A stretch of DNA of 64,000 bases from Alphaproteobacteria bacterium (GTDB lineage: Bacteria > Pseudomonadota > Alphaproteobacteria > GCA-2731375), in NCBI GenBank assembly GCA_965225945.1, contig CBDDBZ010000035.1:1-64000 (forward strand), read 5' to 3'. Each line of letters begins with the position of its first letter. Positions within the stretch are counted from its first letter, which is position 1. The position numbers and the translations under genes are program-made. Below the pieces are notes generated by a model. It did not search any database and was not told where the DNA came from. It was given only the letters and a program-made list of their open reading frames with translations. Positions 10,613 to 21,697 of this stretch are shown here, one piece after another.

Positions 10613-11890
10613 TGTCAACGGCGGAGCAAAATTAGTCCACCCGGGCGGAAAACTAGTCCACTTAACGTTATGCGGTACGCGGTGTTGGGGGGTTGTCCCG
10701 GTAGTCCATAGGAGGGACCCGCGCTGCTTCGTGTAGCGCTTGCGTTACGCGGAGCGAAGCAGCGTGGGAGGTTCCTGTGGACCCACCGGGTCAACCATTG
10801 CACCGGCGGTTAAGCAGGTATTTTTGGGGATTTCCGCCGTTTTTGGCTTTGGTTGAGACGATAGCTCTCGCCGTTCATTTCCAGGATATGGACATGGTGG
10901 GTGAGGCGGTCCAGCAAAGCCCCGGTCAGGCGTTCCGAGCCGAATATCTCCGTCCACTCATCGAACGGCAAGTTGGAGGTCACCAGGATCGAGCCCCGCT
11001 CGTAGCGCTGGCTGAAGACTTCGAACAGCAGCTCGGCGCCGGTCTTCGAGAGCGGCACGAAGCCGAGTTCGTCGATGATGGTGATACTTTGCCAGTTGCT
11101 TCTGCAGGCGCAACAGGCGTTTTTCATCCCTGGCCTCCATCAGTTCATGAACCAGGGCAGCGGCCGTGAGGAAGCCGACGGAGAGCCCCTTTTGGCAGGC
11201 CGCCAGACCGAGACCGAGGGCGATATGGGTCTTGCCGGTTCCGCTGTTGCCGAGCGTGATGATATTCTCACGACGCTCGACGTATTCGCATCGCGCCAAC
11301 TCCAGAACCAGCATCTTGTTGAGCGATGCGATGGCCTTGAAGTCGAAGCTGTCGAGGCTTTTGACGGCGGGGAACCTGGCCTGTCTGATCCGCCGCTCGA
11401 CCATGCGGCGCTCACGGTCGAGCAGTTCCAACTCGGTCAGACGGACAAGATACCGCACATGGTCGGCGCCCTCGGTGGCGCATTGGCGGGCCAGCTTGTC
11501 GTATTCGCGCAGGAACGTCGGCAGTTTCAGGGTCTTGAGGTGATGGGCCAGCAACACTTGCGGCGTATCGGTCATGACGCGCCTCCACCCAACAAGCTCA
11601 TATAACTGGCGGCGGCCGTGGTCGCCACGTTGGCCCGAGGCAGGTAGGGATAGATATCCAGGTCGAGTTTGGGCGGGCGTCGCTCGATACGGCACAGCAC
11701 AAGGTGTTTGACGGCGTCGTAGCCGATCGCACCCAGGCGCAGGGCGTCCTTCACCGCGCCGTGAAGCACCTCGAGATCGAAGGTCTCCACAAGCCGAAGG
11801 ACCTGGACGTATTCCCGCTTGCCGGCCTTGCCCATGCGCGCCTCCAGGAGACGGCGCAGGGTTGGGAAGGCATCAGGCAGTTCCCATCCG
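10613..11890 (-). mobile_element. istB: IS21-family remnant (right end, frameshifted istB 10810-11575, 3' istA 11572-11890)
   Basis: TGTCAACGGCGGAGCAAAATTAGTCCAC end with repeat. GNSGTGKTH and IIDELGF lie in different frames. istA is truncated by IS1380 sequence. Confidence 0.88.
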
Positions 11891-11893
11891 GCT

Positions 11894-13345
11894 AGGCTAT
11901 CGCGAACTGGACGACGCGCTCGGGCTGACCGCACTGGCGGGCGGCGTGCTCGCGGATAGCCGCACGGGCAGGAACGGCTGGCACGGCATCGTCAGTCTCC
12001 TTCGCCAGTCCGTCTATGGGCGTCTCGCCGGCTACGAGGATGTCAACGACGCCGACCGGCTCGGGCGTGATCCCGCGATGCGCTGGATCGTCGGCGGCAA
12101 GGCGGTCGAGCGCGGCGGGGCATCGACCAGCCAGATGGGGCGGTTCGAGACCGAGCTGCTGGCGAACAACGAGAACCTCGCGGCCCTTGCGGACCTGTCG
12201 GGGATGTGGATCGACCGGCTTCACGACCACGATCCGCCGAGGCGCGTGGTGCTCGACATGGACAGCTCCGTCAGCCCGACATTCGGTGAGCAGGAGGGCA
12301 CGGCCTATAACGGCCACTTCGGCTGCACCTGCTATCACCCGCTGTTCGTGTTCAACCAGTTCGGCGACCTGGAGCGTTGCGCGCTGCGCCCCGGCAACGT
12401 GCACAGCGCCCACGGATGGCGTGATGTCCTGGTACCGGTGGTCGAACGTTACAAGGAACGAGCCATCCGCCTCTACTTCCGCGGCGATGCGGCCTTCGCC
12501 TCACCGGAGATCTACGACTACCTCGAAGCCGAAGGCATGCTCTACGCCATCCGGCTGCCCGCCAACAAGGTGCTGCAAGAGAGCATCGCTCATCTCCTGA
12601 AGCGCCCCGTCGGCAGGCCGCCCAAGGACGTGCGCCGGTATCATGCCAGCTTCAGTTATCAGGCCGGAACCTGGGACAAGCCCCGCCGCGTCGTCGCCAA
12701 GGTCGAGTGGCATCCGGGTGAGTTGTACCCGCGGGTCGGGTTCATTGTCACCAACCTGGGCCGCCCCGCCGAGCGGGTGGTCGCGTTCTACAATCAGCGC
12801 GGCACGGCTGAGCAATGGATCAAGGAGGGCAAGAACGCGATCCGGTGGACACGCCTGTCGTGCCGCAGGTTCGACCACAATGCCGTTCGCCTCCAGCTTC
12901 ACGCGCTCGCATACAACCTCGGCAACTTCATGCGCACCCTCGCGCTGCCCGATGCCGTGGAACAGTGGTCACTGACCAGCCTGCGAAAGAAGCTCATCAA
13001 GATCGGAGCGAAGATCGTGCGCCACGGACGCTACGTCACGTTCCAGATGGCCGAGGTTGTCATTCCTCGTGACCTATTCGCCGACATCCTGCGCCGTATC
13101 GACCGGCTCAGACCGCTGCCAGCCCCGGCATGAGCGACGGCACCCCGTTCCTTCGCGTCGCCGCCGACAGGATCGGTGCGCCCGGATCGCCGGTAAAAAT
13201 GCCATTCCGCGCCACCAACGCCGCCAATTGGTCCTCAATCATCCGGATCGGCGCGAAGATGGCCGTCATTCGAAGGCAAATTGCACCTCGAGCGGTTTCG
13301 AGTCACACTCAACGGGCTGGGAGGGTTCCATATGGGGGATCCCGG
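11894..13345 (+). mobile_element. IS1380-family element, 5'-truncated; transposase ends 13133
   Basis: GYEDVNDAD, VLDMDSS, FRGDAAF and YNQRGTAEQWIKEGK motifs. Right end ...CATATGGGGGATCCCGG. Confidence 0.9.
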
Positions 13346-13485
13346 TTCAATACTCACCGCCTGCTCGGCCCCATCGGCAACATCCCGCCCGCAGAGGCCG
13401 AAGCAAATCACTATGCCGCCAGCGAGAACTTCGATATGGCTGCATGACTCAAACCAAACTGCCTCCGGGAAACCGGGGCGGTTCA
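13346..13485 (+). pseudogene. 3' end of an IS3-family (IS51-group-like) element
   Basis: FNTHRLLGPIGNIPPAEAE...AA* followed by IR GCCTCCGGGAAACCGGGGCGGTTCA. Confidence 0.85.
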
Positions 13486-13528
13486 CATACAATGAATTCG
13501 AATTCCGAGACATGACTGGATATTTGAG

Positions 13529-14152
13529 ATGCGACAGCAAGGCACCGACAAAGCGAAAACGACGATGAATACGGCAGAATTGGTACACGACGCAGCAGTG
13601 CGTCTTGCGGGCACGCGGATGACATCCATGGTGTATCAAGATGGCAAGAGCCCGGAACCGGGAACAGGCCCAATGGATGTACTGGGAAGCCCAATTCTGT
13701 TCGCAGTGGCGATCGAATTGGGGTTGAACTGCGTTTGGATGGAGGAGAGGAAGCAAAAGGGGCGTGCAGGACGACAAATAAAGTCTACCACGGCGGCACG
13801 CCACGACCTAAGCGTGCTCTTCCGAAGACTGAGCAAGCAGAACAAGGAAGCGATATCTGAAGAGGTTGCAAAACGTGGATGGAGAGTCGAGCCTGTACTG
13901 GACTTTCATAAGTCCATGGTCATGGACTGGAGATACCCAGTAAACAGAATCGCTGCAGACGGTGCGCTCTTTTGGTGGGGAACGGAGCCACTCAGCGCGA
14001 CGTTCAATGGTGTGTTGGCAGCATGGAGACGACGATATCTGAAACCAAAAATCCCACCGTCGAGAGAAGATGCGCAGACTATTAAGCAACGAATGCTCAA
14101 GAAGCGGGAAGAGGTCAACGAAAAGATGCAAGCAGCGCGAATCACCTCTTAA
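13529..14152 (+). CDS. Hypothetical protein, HEPN-like
   Basis: AVAIELGL...HDLSVLFRRL...DWRY pattern seen in HEPN-type proteins. GC lower than the IS background. Confidence 0.5.
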   Translation: MRQQGTDKAKTTMNTAELVHDAAVRLAGTRMTSMVYQDGKSPEPGTGPMDVLGSPILFAVAIELGLNCVWMEERKQKGRAGRQIKSTTAARHDLSVLFRRLSKQNKEAISEEVAKRGWRVEPVLDFHKSMVMDWRYPVNRIAADGALFWWGTEPLSATFNGVLAAWRRRYLKPKIPPSREDAQTIKQRMLKKREEVNEKMQAARITS

Positions 14153-14431
14153 TTGATGTCCTTGCATTGTCCAATTCATACCTTGCCAGAAGCTAGCGCT
14201 CTTATCGGTCGGTTCGTTCACTTACTCCGGCAAGCAGGAATCCGCAAGAAAGTGCTCGACACTACAAGTTGTGGAATTGCCTCTTCGATTCAACTTGCTC
14301 CAGGAATTGTAACGCGAAAGTAGGTGAGACCACTAATTGGAACACCGTCTCTTTCAAATCGCCCGAACGACCAAGCCTCAGGGTGCCGCTGCATCACCAC
14401 CCATAGAAATAAGCCGAAGCAGCGCCCAGAC

Positions 14432-15365
14432 GGATCGTGTCCCGGCAGGTGATGTAAGAGCCTGGCGTCCTACGCGGTATCCGGCGGGTAGGGCCGGGAC
14501 GCTCAGGCTGCCACGGTGGGCAGCTTGAGTGTGAGATTGTCGCTTGTCTGAGCGATGGATTCCAGTGTCATGTATCTCCTTGAGACGGCCCACTCGTCGT
14601 TCTGCTCGAGAAGGATTGCGCCGGTGAGCCGTGTGATTGCGTTTTCGTTGGGGAAGATGCCGACGACGTTGGTGCGTCGCTTGATCTCGCCGTTGAGGCG
14701 TTCGAGCGGGTTGGTCGAATGCAACTTCTGGCGGTGCTCCCTGGGGAAGCTCATGTAGGCGAGGACGTCGTGCTGGGCCTCGTCCATGAGGGCGGCGAGC
14801 TTTGGCGCCTTGGGCTTGAGTTGGTCGGCGACCAGGCGCCACTGTGTGGCGGCACTGTCGGCATCGTCCTGGGCAAACGCGGTTGCGACGAAGGCGGAGA
14901 CGACGCGCCGGCCCTGCTTGCCGGCATGGGCCAGCAGGTTGCGCATGAAGTGGACGCGGCACCGCTGAGCAGTTGCGCCGAGGATCTGGGTCGCGGCGGC
15001 CTTCAGGCCCTTGTGGTCGTCGGCGATCACCAGCTTCACGCCGCGCAGGCCGCGCCGGGTGAGGCTGCGCAGGAACCCGGTCCAGAAGGTCTCGGCCTCG
15101 GACGCGCCGATCGCCATGCCGAGGACCTCGCGCCGGCCCTGGTCGTTGACCGCGACCGCGACGGTCACCGCGACCGATACGATGCGCCCGGCCTGGCGCA
15201 CCTTCAGATAGGTCGCATCCAGCCAGAGATAGGGCCAGTCACCCTCCAGCGGCCGGTCGAGGAAGCTCTGGATCTTGTCGTCGATCTCCCCGCACAGCCG
15301 CGAGACCTGGCTCTTGGAGATGCCGGACATGCCCATGGCCTGCACCAGGTCGTCGACCGAGCGGG
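14432..15365 (-). pseudogene. IS256-family element, 5'-truncated (transposase ends 14503)
   Basis: WPYLWLDATY, QRCRVHFMRN and STNPLERLNGEIKRR motifs. Right IR ...GGGACACGATCC. Confidence 0.9.
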
Positions 15366-15543
15366 TGTCAACGGCGGCGTAAAAATGTACCGGCGCGGCG
15401 GCGTAAAAATGTACTGCGGGCTGGGTGGGAGCTTGTCCCCGTAGTCCACGGGAGGGACCCGCGCGCGGGGCGACGCGCCCTCCGCGCGGCCGGCGGCGGC
15501 CCGCGCGTGGGAGGGGCCCGTGGTCCCACGGGGGCAAGCGGGG
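15366..15543. mobile_element. Isolated IS21-type end
   Basis: TGTCAACGGCGGCGTAAAAATGTAC with internal tandem repeat. No associated ist genes. Confidence 0.75.
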
Positions 15544-15900
15544 TTATTCGGATTCAATTGTGCGGTGGTGGATAGTACGATGCGCCTCGCCGCGGAAGGG
15601 TCCATACTTCGTTTCGATAATTTCTTTGACTGGACCTACCAAATTGATCCACCAGTCGATGGGAATTGGGACAACGGGGTACGGTTCGAGCCGCAAATTC
15701 CACAGATCAATAAGGTCCGTACCCTTAGATGGATCGAAGACAAAGACTCTCGGGCCATTTTGCCAATTTCTGGATGTCTCAAGTTTGTGAGCCGTAATAT
15801 TGAGTGGCGTAATCGCCCCTTCGTTGTACACCTTGAGCCAGGTGTCAGGGCTCGCCTCAATGTCCGTGGGCTTGAAGACATCCCGGTAGGAATTAGCGAA

Positions 15901-17132
15901 AGGGCTTATCCCTTTGAGCCCGGTTTGACGAGATGTTGAGTTTCTGGTGGGCGTCGGCAGCATGTTCGTGTAATGTTCCGTCATGGCCAGCCGCTGGAAA
16001 TATGATCGCCCCATGTCCCGCGCCGCCTTCGAGGCGCGCTTTCCCGATGAAGCCTCCTGTGCCCGGCATCTCGCCGCCAGGCGCTGGCCCGACGGCTTCG
16101 TCTGCCCCGCCTGCGGCCATGACAGGGGCTGGGAACTGAAGCGGCGCCGGGCGAGCTGGGAATGTGCGGCCTGCGGGAAGGAGACCTCGGTGACCGCAGG
16201 CACGATCATGCACCGCAGCCACTTGCCCCTGAAGACCTGGTTCATGGCCGTTCACATCGTGACCAGCCACTCGAATGGTATCTCCGCCCTGCAACTCCAG
16301 GCCCAGCTCGGGCTCGGCAGTTACAAGAGTGCTTGGCTCCTGCTGCACAAGCTGCGCCGTGCCATGGTCGATCCGGATCGCAGCCTGCTTGAGGACCTGA
16401 TCGAGATCGATGAGGCCACCCTCCCGTTCCGCACCGCAAAAGACCCGGCCACAGGCGGGCAAGGTCGCAGCCCACAAGGCAAGATGCGCATTGCCGGCGC
16501 GGTCGAGCTATCGCCCGAGGGCGAGCCACGCCGCATCCGGCTGGCGCCGATCGGGGATTTCTCCGCGCGCAGCCTTCGTGCCTTCGTTGCCGGGACCTCG
16601 GCGCCGGGCGCGCGGGTGATTACCGATGGCTGGAGCGGTTATTGCGGCCTGCCCGACCACGACCACCAGCCCAAGGTCGTCGGTGCAACGCCCGCCCATC
16701 TCGTGCTGACGTGGATCCATCGTGTGTTCTCGAACCTGAAGCGCTGGGCGCTCGGAACCTTCCATGGCCTGCGCCGCGCCCATCTGCGCCGCTACCTCGA
16801 CGAGTTCGTGTTCCGCTGGAACCGCCGCCGCCACACCGCAACGGCTTTCGACACCCTGCTCGGCATCGGCACGCGCCTGCGACCCGCCGACTACCGCGAC
16901 ATCGTCGGAGAACACGTCTGATCCCGGCAGGCCGGGCGCCAGCCACCGCCCGCCCTCCGATCCGCCTCAATCGGGGCCGAATACCGGCCCTCCAGCCTGC
17001 CTGACAGCACTCGAAACCAACTTCCTCAAGTCCAAAGCTCCCGCACATCCCCCGGCACGGTCCGAAAACCGTGCCTGGAACGTAGAAGGCCGATCAACAT
17101 CTGGTGTGACCGGAAGCAAAGGGATAAGCCAT
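15901..17132 (+). mobile_element. IS1595-family element
   Basis: IRs GGCTTATCCCTTTG. 8-bp TSD TTAGCGAA at 15893-15900 and 17133-17140. Confidence 0.95.
15983..16921 (+). CDS. IS1595-family transposase
   Basis: Zn ribbon CPAC/CAAC, IEIDE, ITDGW and YLDEFVFRWNRR motifs. Confidence 0.95.
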   Translation: MASRWKYDRPMSRAAFEARFPDEASCARHLAARRWPDGFVCPACGHDRGWELKRRRASWECAACGKETSVTAGTIMHRSHLPLKTWFMAVHIVTSHSNGISALQLQAQLGLGSYKSAWLLLHKLRRAMVDPDRSLLEDLIEIDEATLPFRTAKDPATGGQGRSPQGKMRIAGAVELSPEGEPRRIRLAPIGDFSARSLRAFVAGTSAPGARVITDGWSGYCGLPDHDHQPKVVGATPAHLVLTWIHRVFSNLKRWALGTFHGLRRAHLRRYLDEFVFRWNRRRHTATAFDTLLGIGTRLRPADYRDIVGEHV

Positions 17133-17804
17133 TTAGCGAAATATCTCGACCGCTCGTCGTCGGGATAGTGACCGAACAGCGCCGCGACCAGCGCACTGTT
17201 GCCGCTGGGCTTGACGATAACAGCCGCTCGGTGATCGCGAAGTTGAAAACGACGCTCGCTTTGGTATATGTCGGTAAGCACGTCAACGACGCTCAGCCCA
17301 ATCTCCAATTCTGAATCATCCCTGTGATTGTCACAAGACAGAAACTTCCCCAGCGAAATGACGTGGTTACGCATTCCAGGTGTTGTTCGTAGATCACTGA
17401 GGCCCGCGCGCTCCAAGAGATTAGGTCGAGCTTCAACGAAGACGTCAGGTTCGAAAAATTCAACGTAGCCGCGCGTAACCTCTGCACTGGTCAGTGCATT
17501 CGACCTCTCCGGGCGCCACTCCTTGGGTCGTCGTCGAAATACGGGAATAATAGGATTGTATGCTCCTCCCCACAAGCAGGTGCAAATGCGCATGAACTTT
17601 CGAATTGCGGGAAGATCTGTGGGCGACACAAGGAGCGCGATTCTGATGGGTCGAAGCCGAACCTCCGCGGAAATGTCATGCACAACCGTCTCCGTTACAA
17701 ACCTAGGCTCGAGGATCTCGCCGTACAGCTCTCAAGGCTATTCTACGCCAAATGAAGCCACCGATACGAAATGCCAAGCTGTTGGTGACTAGCCCGCTTT
17801 ATTC

Positions 17805-18588
17805 GTGCGCCGTGGAAAGGTGCTGTCTCCCAGCGGGTGCGAATCCCGCCCGGCAAGTGTCGCTCCAGCCGGTAGCAATCGGAGCGGTTGAAGGAGGTAA
17901 CGACTTCGACTGAAGCACTCCGGTGCAACGGGCCGCCCTGGGCGGCTTAGCGACCATGTGGGCCGCAACGCGAGTGAACGTTGAGCAGGCCTCGAAACGG
18001 GCAATGCGGAGGCCGACCCGCCGAATAACGGGGAAGGCTGCCACCGGCCGGGAAGCGAGCGACGCGCGCACCGGCCGGCTCCACCGGGGTATTGACGGCG
18101 GCACGCATGGAAGAGGGGGACGGTGGCAACACGGGAAGCCCTGTCGGTGGTGTGGCACGCACCAACCGGAACCCCGCGAGGGGCAGGCCGGGCTAGCGGG
18201 GTGGCGGAGGGGCTTGTATTACCGCGGATGCCGGGTAACGCCGGCGGAGGGAAGGAGCCCTGGTTCGAGAGCGATGCGGAAAGGAGGGAAGGCGTGACCA
18301 CTGGCGAGAGCCTACCAGGGTCAGAGAAGGTTCGGAAACTCCAGACCGTATTACATGCGAAAGCCAAGGAAGAACCCGACCGGCGGTTTCATTCGCTGAT
18401 CGACAAGGTGTGGCGCGAGGACTTTCTCGCGGAAGCCTGGAGGCGTGCTCGCCGAAACGGCGGCTCTGCCGGGGTGGACGGAGAGACCTTCGCGGACATC
18501 GAGTCATACGGCGTGGGGCGCTGGCTTGGGGAACTGGCGCGGGATCTGGAGGACGGGACCTACGCACCGAAGCCGGTGCGGCAGGTTC
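17805..18588 (+). mobile_element. Group II intron, 5' portion only
   Basis: GTGCG 5' boundary and structured ribozyme-like leader, followed by an RT N-terminus. Cut by the IS3 end at 18589. Confidence 0.88.
18294..18588 (+). pseudogene. ltrA: Group II intron reverse transcriptase/maturase N-terminal fragment
   Basis: KVRKLQTVLHAKAK...FHSLIDKV...NGGSAGVDG...YAPKPVRQV (RT0-RT1 region). Confidence 0.88.
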
Positions 18589-19869
18589 TGTGAGGTGGCC
18601 TCGCCTATTCGGACAGCCTGGCGGCTAAGTTAAGGTGTATTCCGGTTGTTTCTCAGGCCGCCAGAATCCCCTTGAATCGATCTTCCTGCTGCTGCTGTTG
18701 CGCCTGTGGGGATGTGGGCAAGGCGCGGAGCGGCTTGTCCATCATATCCACAGGCGGCTCGCAGCGGTATGCCTCGGCCGGGGTTCGCCCGTCCAGCGCC
18801 AAGTGCGGCCTCTCGAGGTTGTAAAAGCGGACCCAATCACCGATCAGGCGCCGGGCCTGGAAACCGTCGGCGATTTCGTGCAGGTAGACCGCCTCGTATT
18901 TGAGCGAACGCCACAGCCGCTCGATGAAGATGTTGTCCATGCACCGGCCCCTGCCATCCATCGAGATCCGGATGCCGGCCGCATGCAGGCGTCCGGTGAA
19001 GGCAAAGTTGGTGAACTGGCTGCCTTGATCGGTATTGAAGATCTCCGGCCTGCCGTATCGACCCAGGGCCTCGTCGAGCGTGTCGGTGCAGAAGCTCGCG
19101 TCCAGCGTGTTCGACAGCCGCCAGGCCAGGACGAACCGGCTCGCCCAGTCCATGACCGCCACGAGGTAAAGGAAGCCACGCTGCACCGGGATGTAGGTAA
19201 TATCGGCGCACCAGACATGGTTCGGTCGCTCGATCGCCAAGCCCCTGAGCAGATAGGGCCAGACCCGGTGCTCGGGATGCGGATCGCTGGTGCGCGGCGC
19301 CCGATAGATTGCCTGAAGCCCCATCAGGCGCATCAGCCGCCCGGCCCGGCGTCGGCCGATCCGCACGCCCTCGCGGCGCAGGTGAAGTGCCATCCGACGG
19401 GCGCCGTAGAACGGGTACTTCAGGAACAGCTCGTCGATCCGCCGCATCAGCACGAGCGTCTCGGCACCCTCGCCCTTCGGCGTGTAATAGAGCGAGGAGC
19501 GCCCGAGCGACAGCAGGCGGCATTGCCGGCTCAGGCTCAGCGCCGGGTGGTCGCGCACAATCATCGCGCGGCGCGCCGACCGGCTCATCGACCGGGCCCG
19601 CGCGATAAAAAATCCCGCTCCACGATCAACTCCCCGATCTTGGCGTGAAGATCGCGGACCTCGCTCTCATGGTCCCGGACCCGCCGCTCGGCGCCCTTCG
19701 AGAACACCTCGACCAGACCCTCGATCGCCTGGCCCTTCCAGGCACCGACCTGGTTCGGGTGGACCTGGTGCTGCGAGGCGATCTCCTGAAGCGTCCGGTC
19801 GCCCCGAAGCGCCTCCAGCGCCACCTTCGCCTTCAGCTCCCCCGAAAACCTGCGTCGCTTGCTGCTCAT
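18589..19869 (-). mobile_element. IS3-family element (orfA 19585-19869, orfB 18653-19588), left end missing
   Basis: orfA HTH KAKVALEAL...HPNQV. orfB WCADITY, FNTDQGSQF and DNIFIERLWRSLKYE. Right IR TGTGAGGTGG...GGACAG. Confidence 0.93.
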
Positions 19870-20265
19870 CGAACTGGCGGTCAAGTCGGATGCGATGGCG
19901 GTGCGCACGTCGTCCGAGCGGACGAGGGGCCTGGCGGCGTCCCGGGCCACGGTGACGCGGCTGCGGCTCGGACTGGAGGGCAGCTGGCAGGGCCTCGCGG
20001 TCGGGGACGGAGGGCGGCTGTAGCCGCGGCTCGAGATCGGGGTGCGCCATGACGGCGGCGATGCCGAGACCGGGTTCGGGCTGGATACCGGCGGCGGCGT
20101 CTCCTGGTCGGACCCGGCGAGAGGGCTTTCGGCGGAGCTGCGCGGGCGCGGGCTGCTGACCCACGAGTCGCGCGGCTTCCGCGACCGCGGCGTCTCGGGG
20201 TCGCTGGCCTGGGATCCGGGACGGGGCTCCGGCCGGGGACCGTCGTTCACGCTTACCCAGACGAT
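19870..20265 (+). pseudogene. Autotransporter beta-barrel domain fragment
   Basis: TRLRLGLEGS...RLEIGVRHDGGDAETGFGLDTGGG.SWSDP..GLS.ELRGRGLL, with an internal TAG at about 20021. Confidence 0.7.
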
Positions 20266-20334
20266 GATGCACCACGACGCACGACAGCATGGCAACCGTA
20301 AGCCGCAGGCGATTGCCAGCATTTGGAAGCGTGG

Positions 20335-20410
20335 TTTGCCGGTCTCGATGATCTCGCAATGATGGGTGAGCCGGTCGGGCAGCGCTGTGGTCATCTTGGG
20401 ATCGCCGATT
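20335..20410 (-). pseudogene. istB: Short istB fragment
   Basis: [23 protein letters not shown]. Confidence 0.7.
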
Positions 20411-20563
20411 ACCCCCGATAGGAAGTCAATTTCCCACGCCGATCAACAGAATCATAGCGGCCCCTGGACAAATCGCGGTCAAAAACCAACCCTGGTTGGC
20501 ACTAGCGCTCAACCACGGGCATACTTGTGCTGTCTCATCGTTGGAATGGGCTTGGCGCTTCAG

Positions 20564-21622
20564 CTACCCTTCATCGGTCGGCCGGATTCGATAATGCCGT
20601 CCTGGCTGAATCACGAGACGGCCGGGAATGTTGTCGGGCCGAAATCCTGCCAAAACATGCTGCACATCGGCAATCACTTCCGAACGCCTGCGATAATATT
20701 GATGATTGACGTGCGCAAATTCCGTGTCGTCAACGGCCTCGCAGTCGATCGCGATGATTCGCTCGTCGATGCTGGAAAGGTTGCGGGGACCTTCGAAGCC
20801 AAGCCGGTTCGGGTTGAATTTTGTCGTGTCTGAAATAACGAGGGAGAGATCGTCATTGCTGTGATAGACGTAGATCCGGCGTGCGAGTCTCAGGAGCGGC
20901 CTGAGTTTTTCGTCCTTTTCGAAAGCATCGTCGTCCTCATCCGCAGCCATCAGGAAAGCATTTTCAAACAAATGCTCAAGCCTTTTGCCGGAATCGTAGT
21001 TTACCAGCGCTTGGACCGCGTGCCTCAGAGCCCAGTTGCCCATGATGTGGGCAACCAGATGAATGCGCTGTCGACAAGGATTGCGGGTGCGTCGCACGTA
21101 GTCAGAGAAGCGCAACATCGTGCGTGCCATAGCCGGACCTGCATCACGCGCATCATCACGATCAGAGAAGTATTCCCAAGGCGGCGTCACCGCACCGTTT
21201 GAGGGCCAGCAAAAGGCAAAGACCAGTGGATGCTGGGGACTTTCCAAGGGGCCTACCATATATTTCTCGTAAAGTTGAGCGGCCCTAGTGATCGAACTCT
21301 CGAACGTGTTTTCGAATCCGTGAATGTAGACCAGCGCGTCACGCGGACGGGTATCGAGGTCCTGCCGAATGTCGGCGAAAAGTCCGTCGCTTCCGCGGTT
21401 GTCCGGGTTGGTATTGCCTTCTCCCTTGACGATAACCCGTTCGACGGAATAGCCCTCGTCTAGGTCGTTGGAGCGTTTTTCGACTATCGCGGTGCCAACA
21501 CGGTAAAAGCTGGGGCCATCAGCATGGTTTCGATCACCGAACTCGGGATTCGTCAATGTGCCCCGCAAGCGCCTGTTCGTCGCGAAATAGATTTGAATCT
21601 GTTCCCCAACAGCGATCGACAT
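20564..21622 (-). CDS. Alpha/beta hydrolase, DUF900 family (nucleophile altered)
   Basis: IYFATNR, VYIHGF, FCWPS and MAAD motifs. AHIMGN in place of AHSMGN. Confidence 0.85.
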   Translation of the reverse strand: MSIAVGEQIQIYFATNRRLRGTLTNPEFGDRNHADGPSFYRVGTAIVEKRSNDLDEGYSVERVIVKGEGNTNPDNRGSDGLFADIRQDLDTRPRDALVYIHGFENTFESSITRAAQLYEKYMVGPLESPQHPLVFAFCWPSNGAVTPPWEYFSDRDDARDAGPAMARTMLRFSDYVRRTRNPCRQRIHLVAHIMGNWALRHAVQALVNYDSGKRLEHLFENAFLMAADEDDDAFEKDEKLRPLLRLARRIYVYHSNDDLSLVISDTTKFNPNRLGFEGPRNLSSIDERIIAIDCEAVDDTEFAHVNHQYYRRRSEVIADVQHVLAGFRPDNIPGRLVIQPGRHYRIRPTDEG

Positions 21623-21697
21623 GGCTTCTTCCACCTCCCATTTGAACCGTACCGCGTCATCGACGCGCCTTAAGATTTTCATTGCTTACCTAATGAG

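Larger units (their letters stand above)
15544..17679 (-). pseudogene. Conserved hypothetical protein, split by IS1595 and 3'-truncated
   Basis: RLRPIRIALLV...LWGGAYNPIIPVF N-terminus. Reads through (RSRYFANSYRDVFKP) after removing the IS and one TTAGCGAA copy. Confidence 0.75.
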
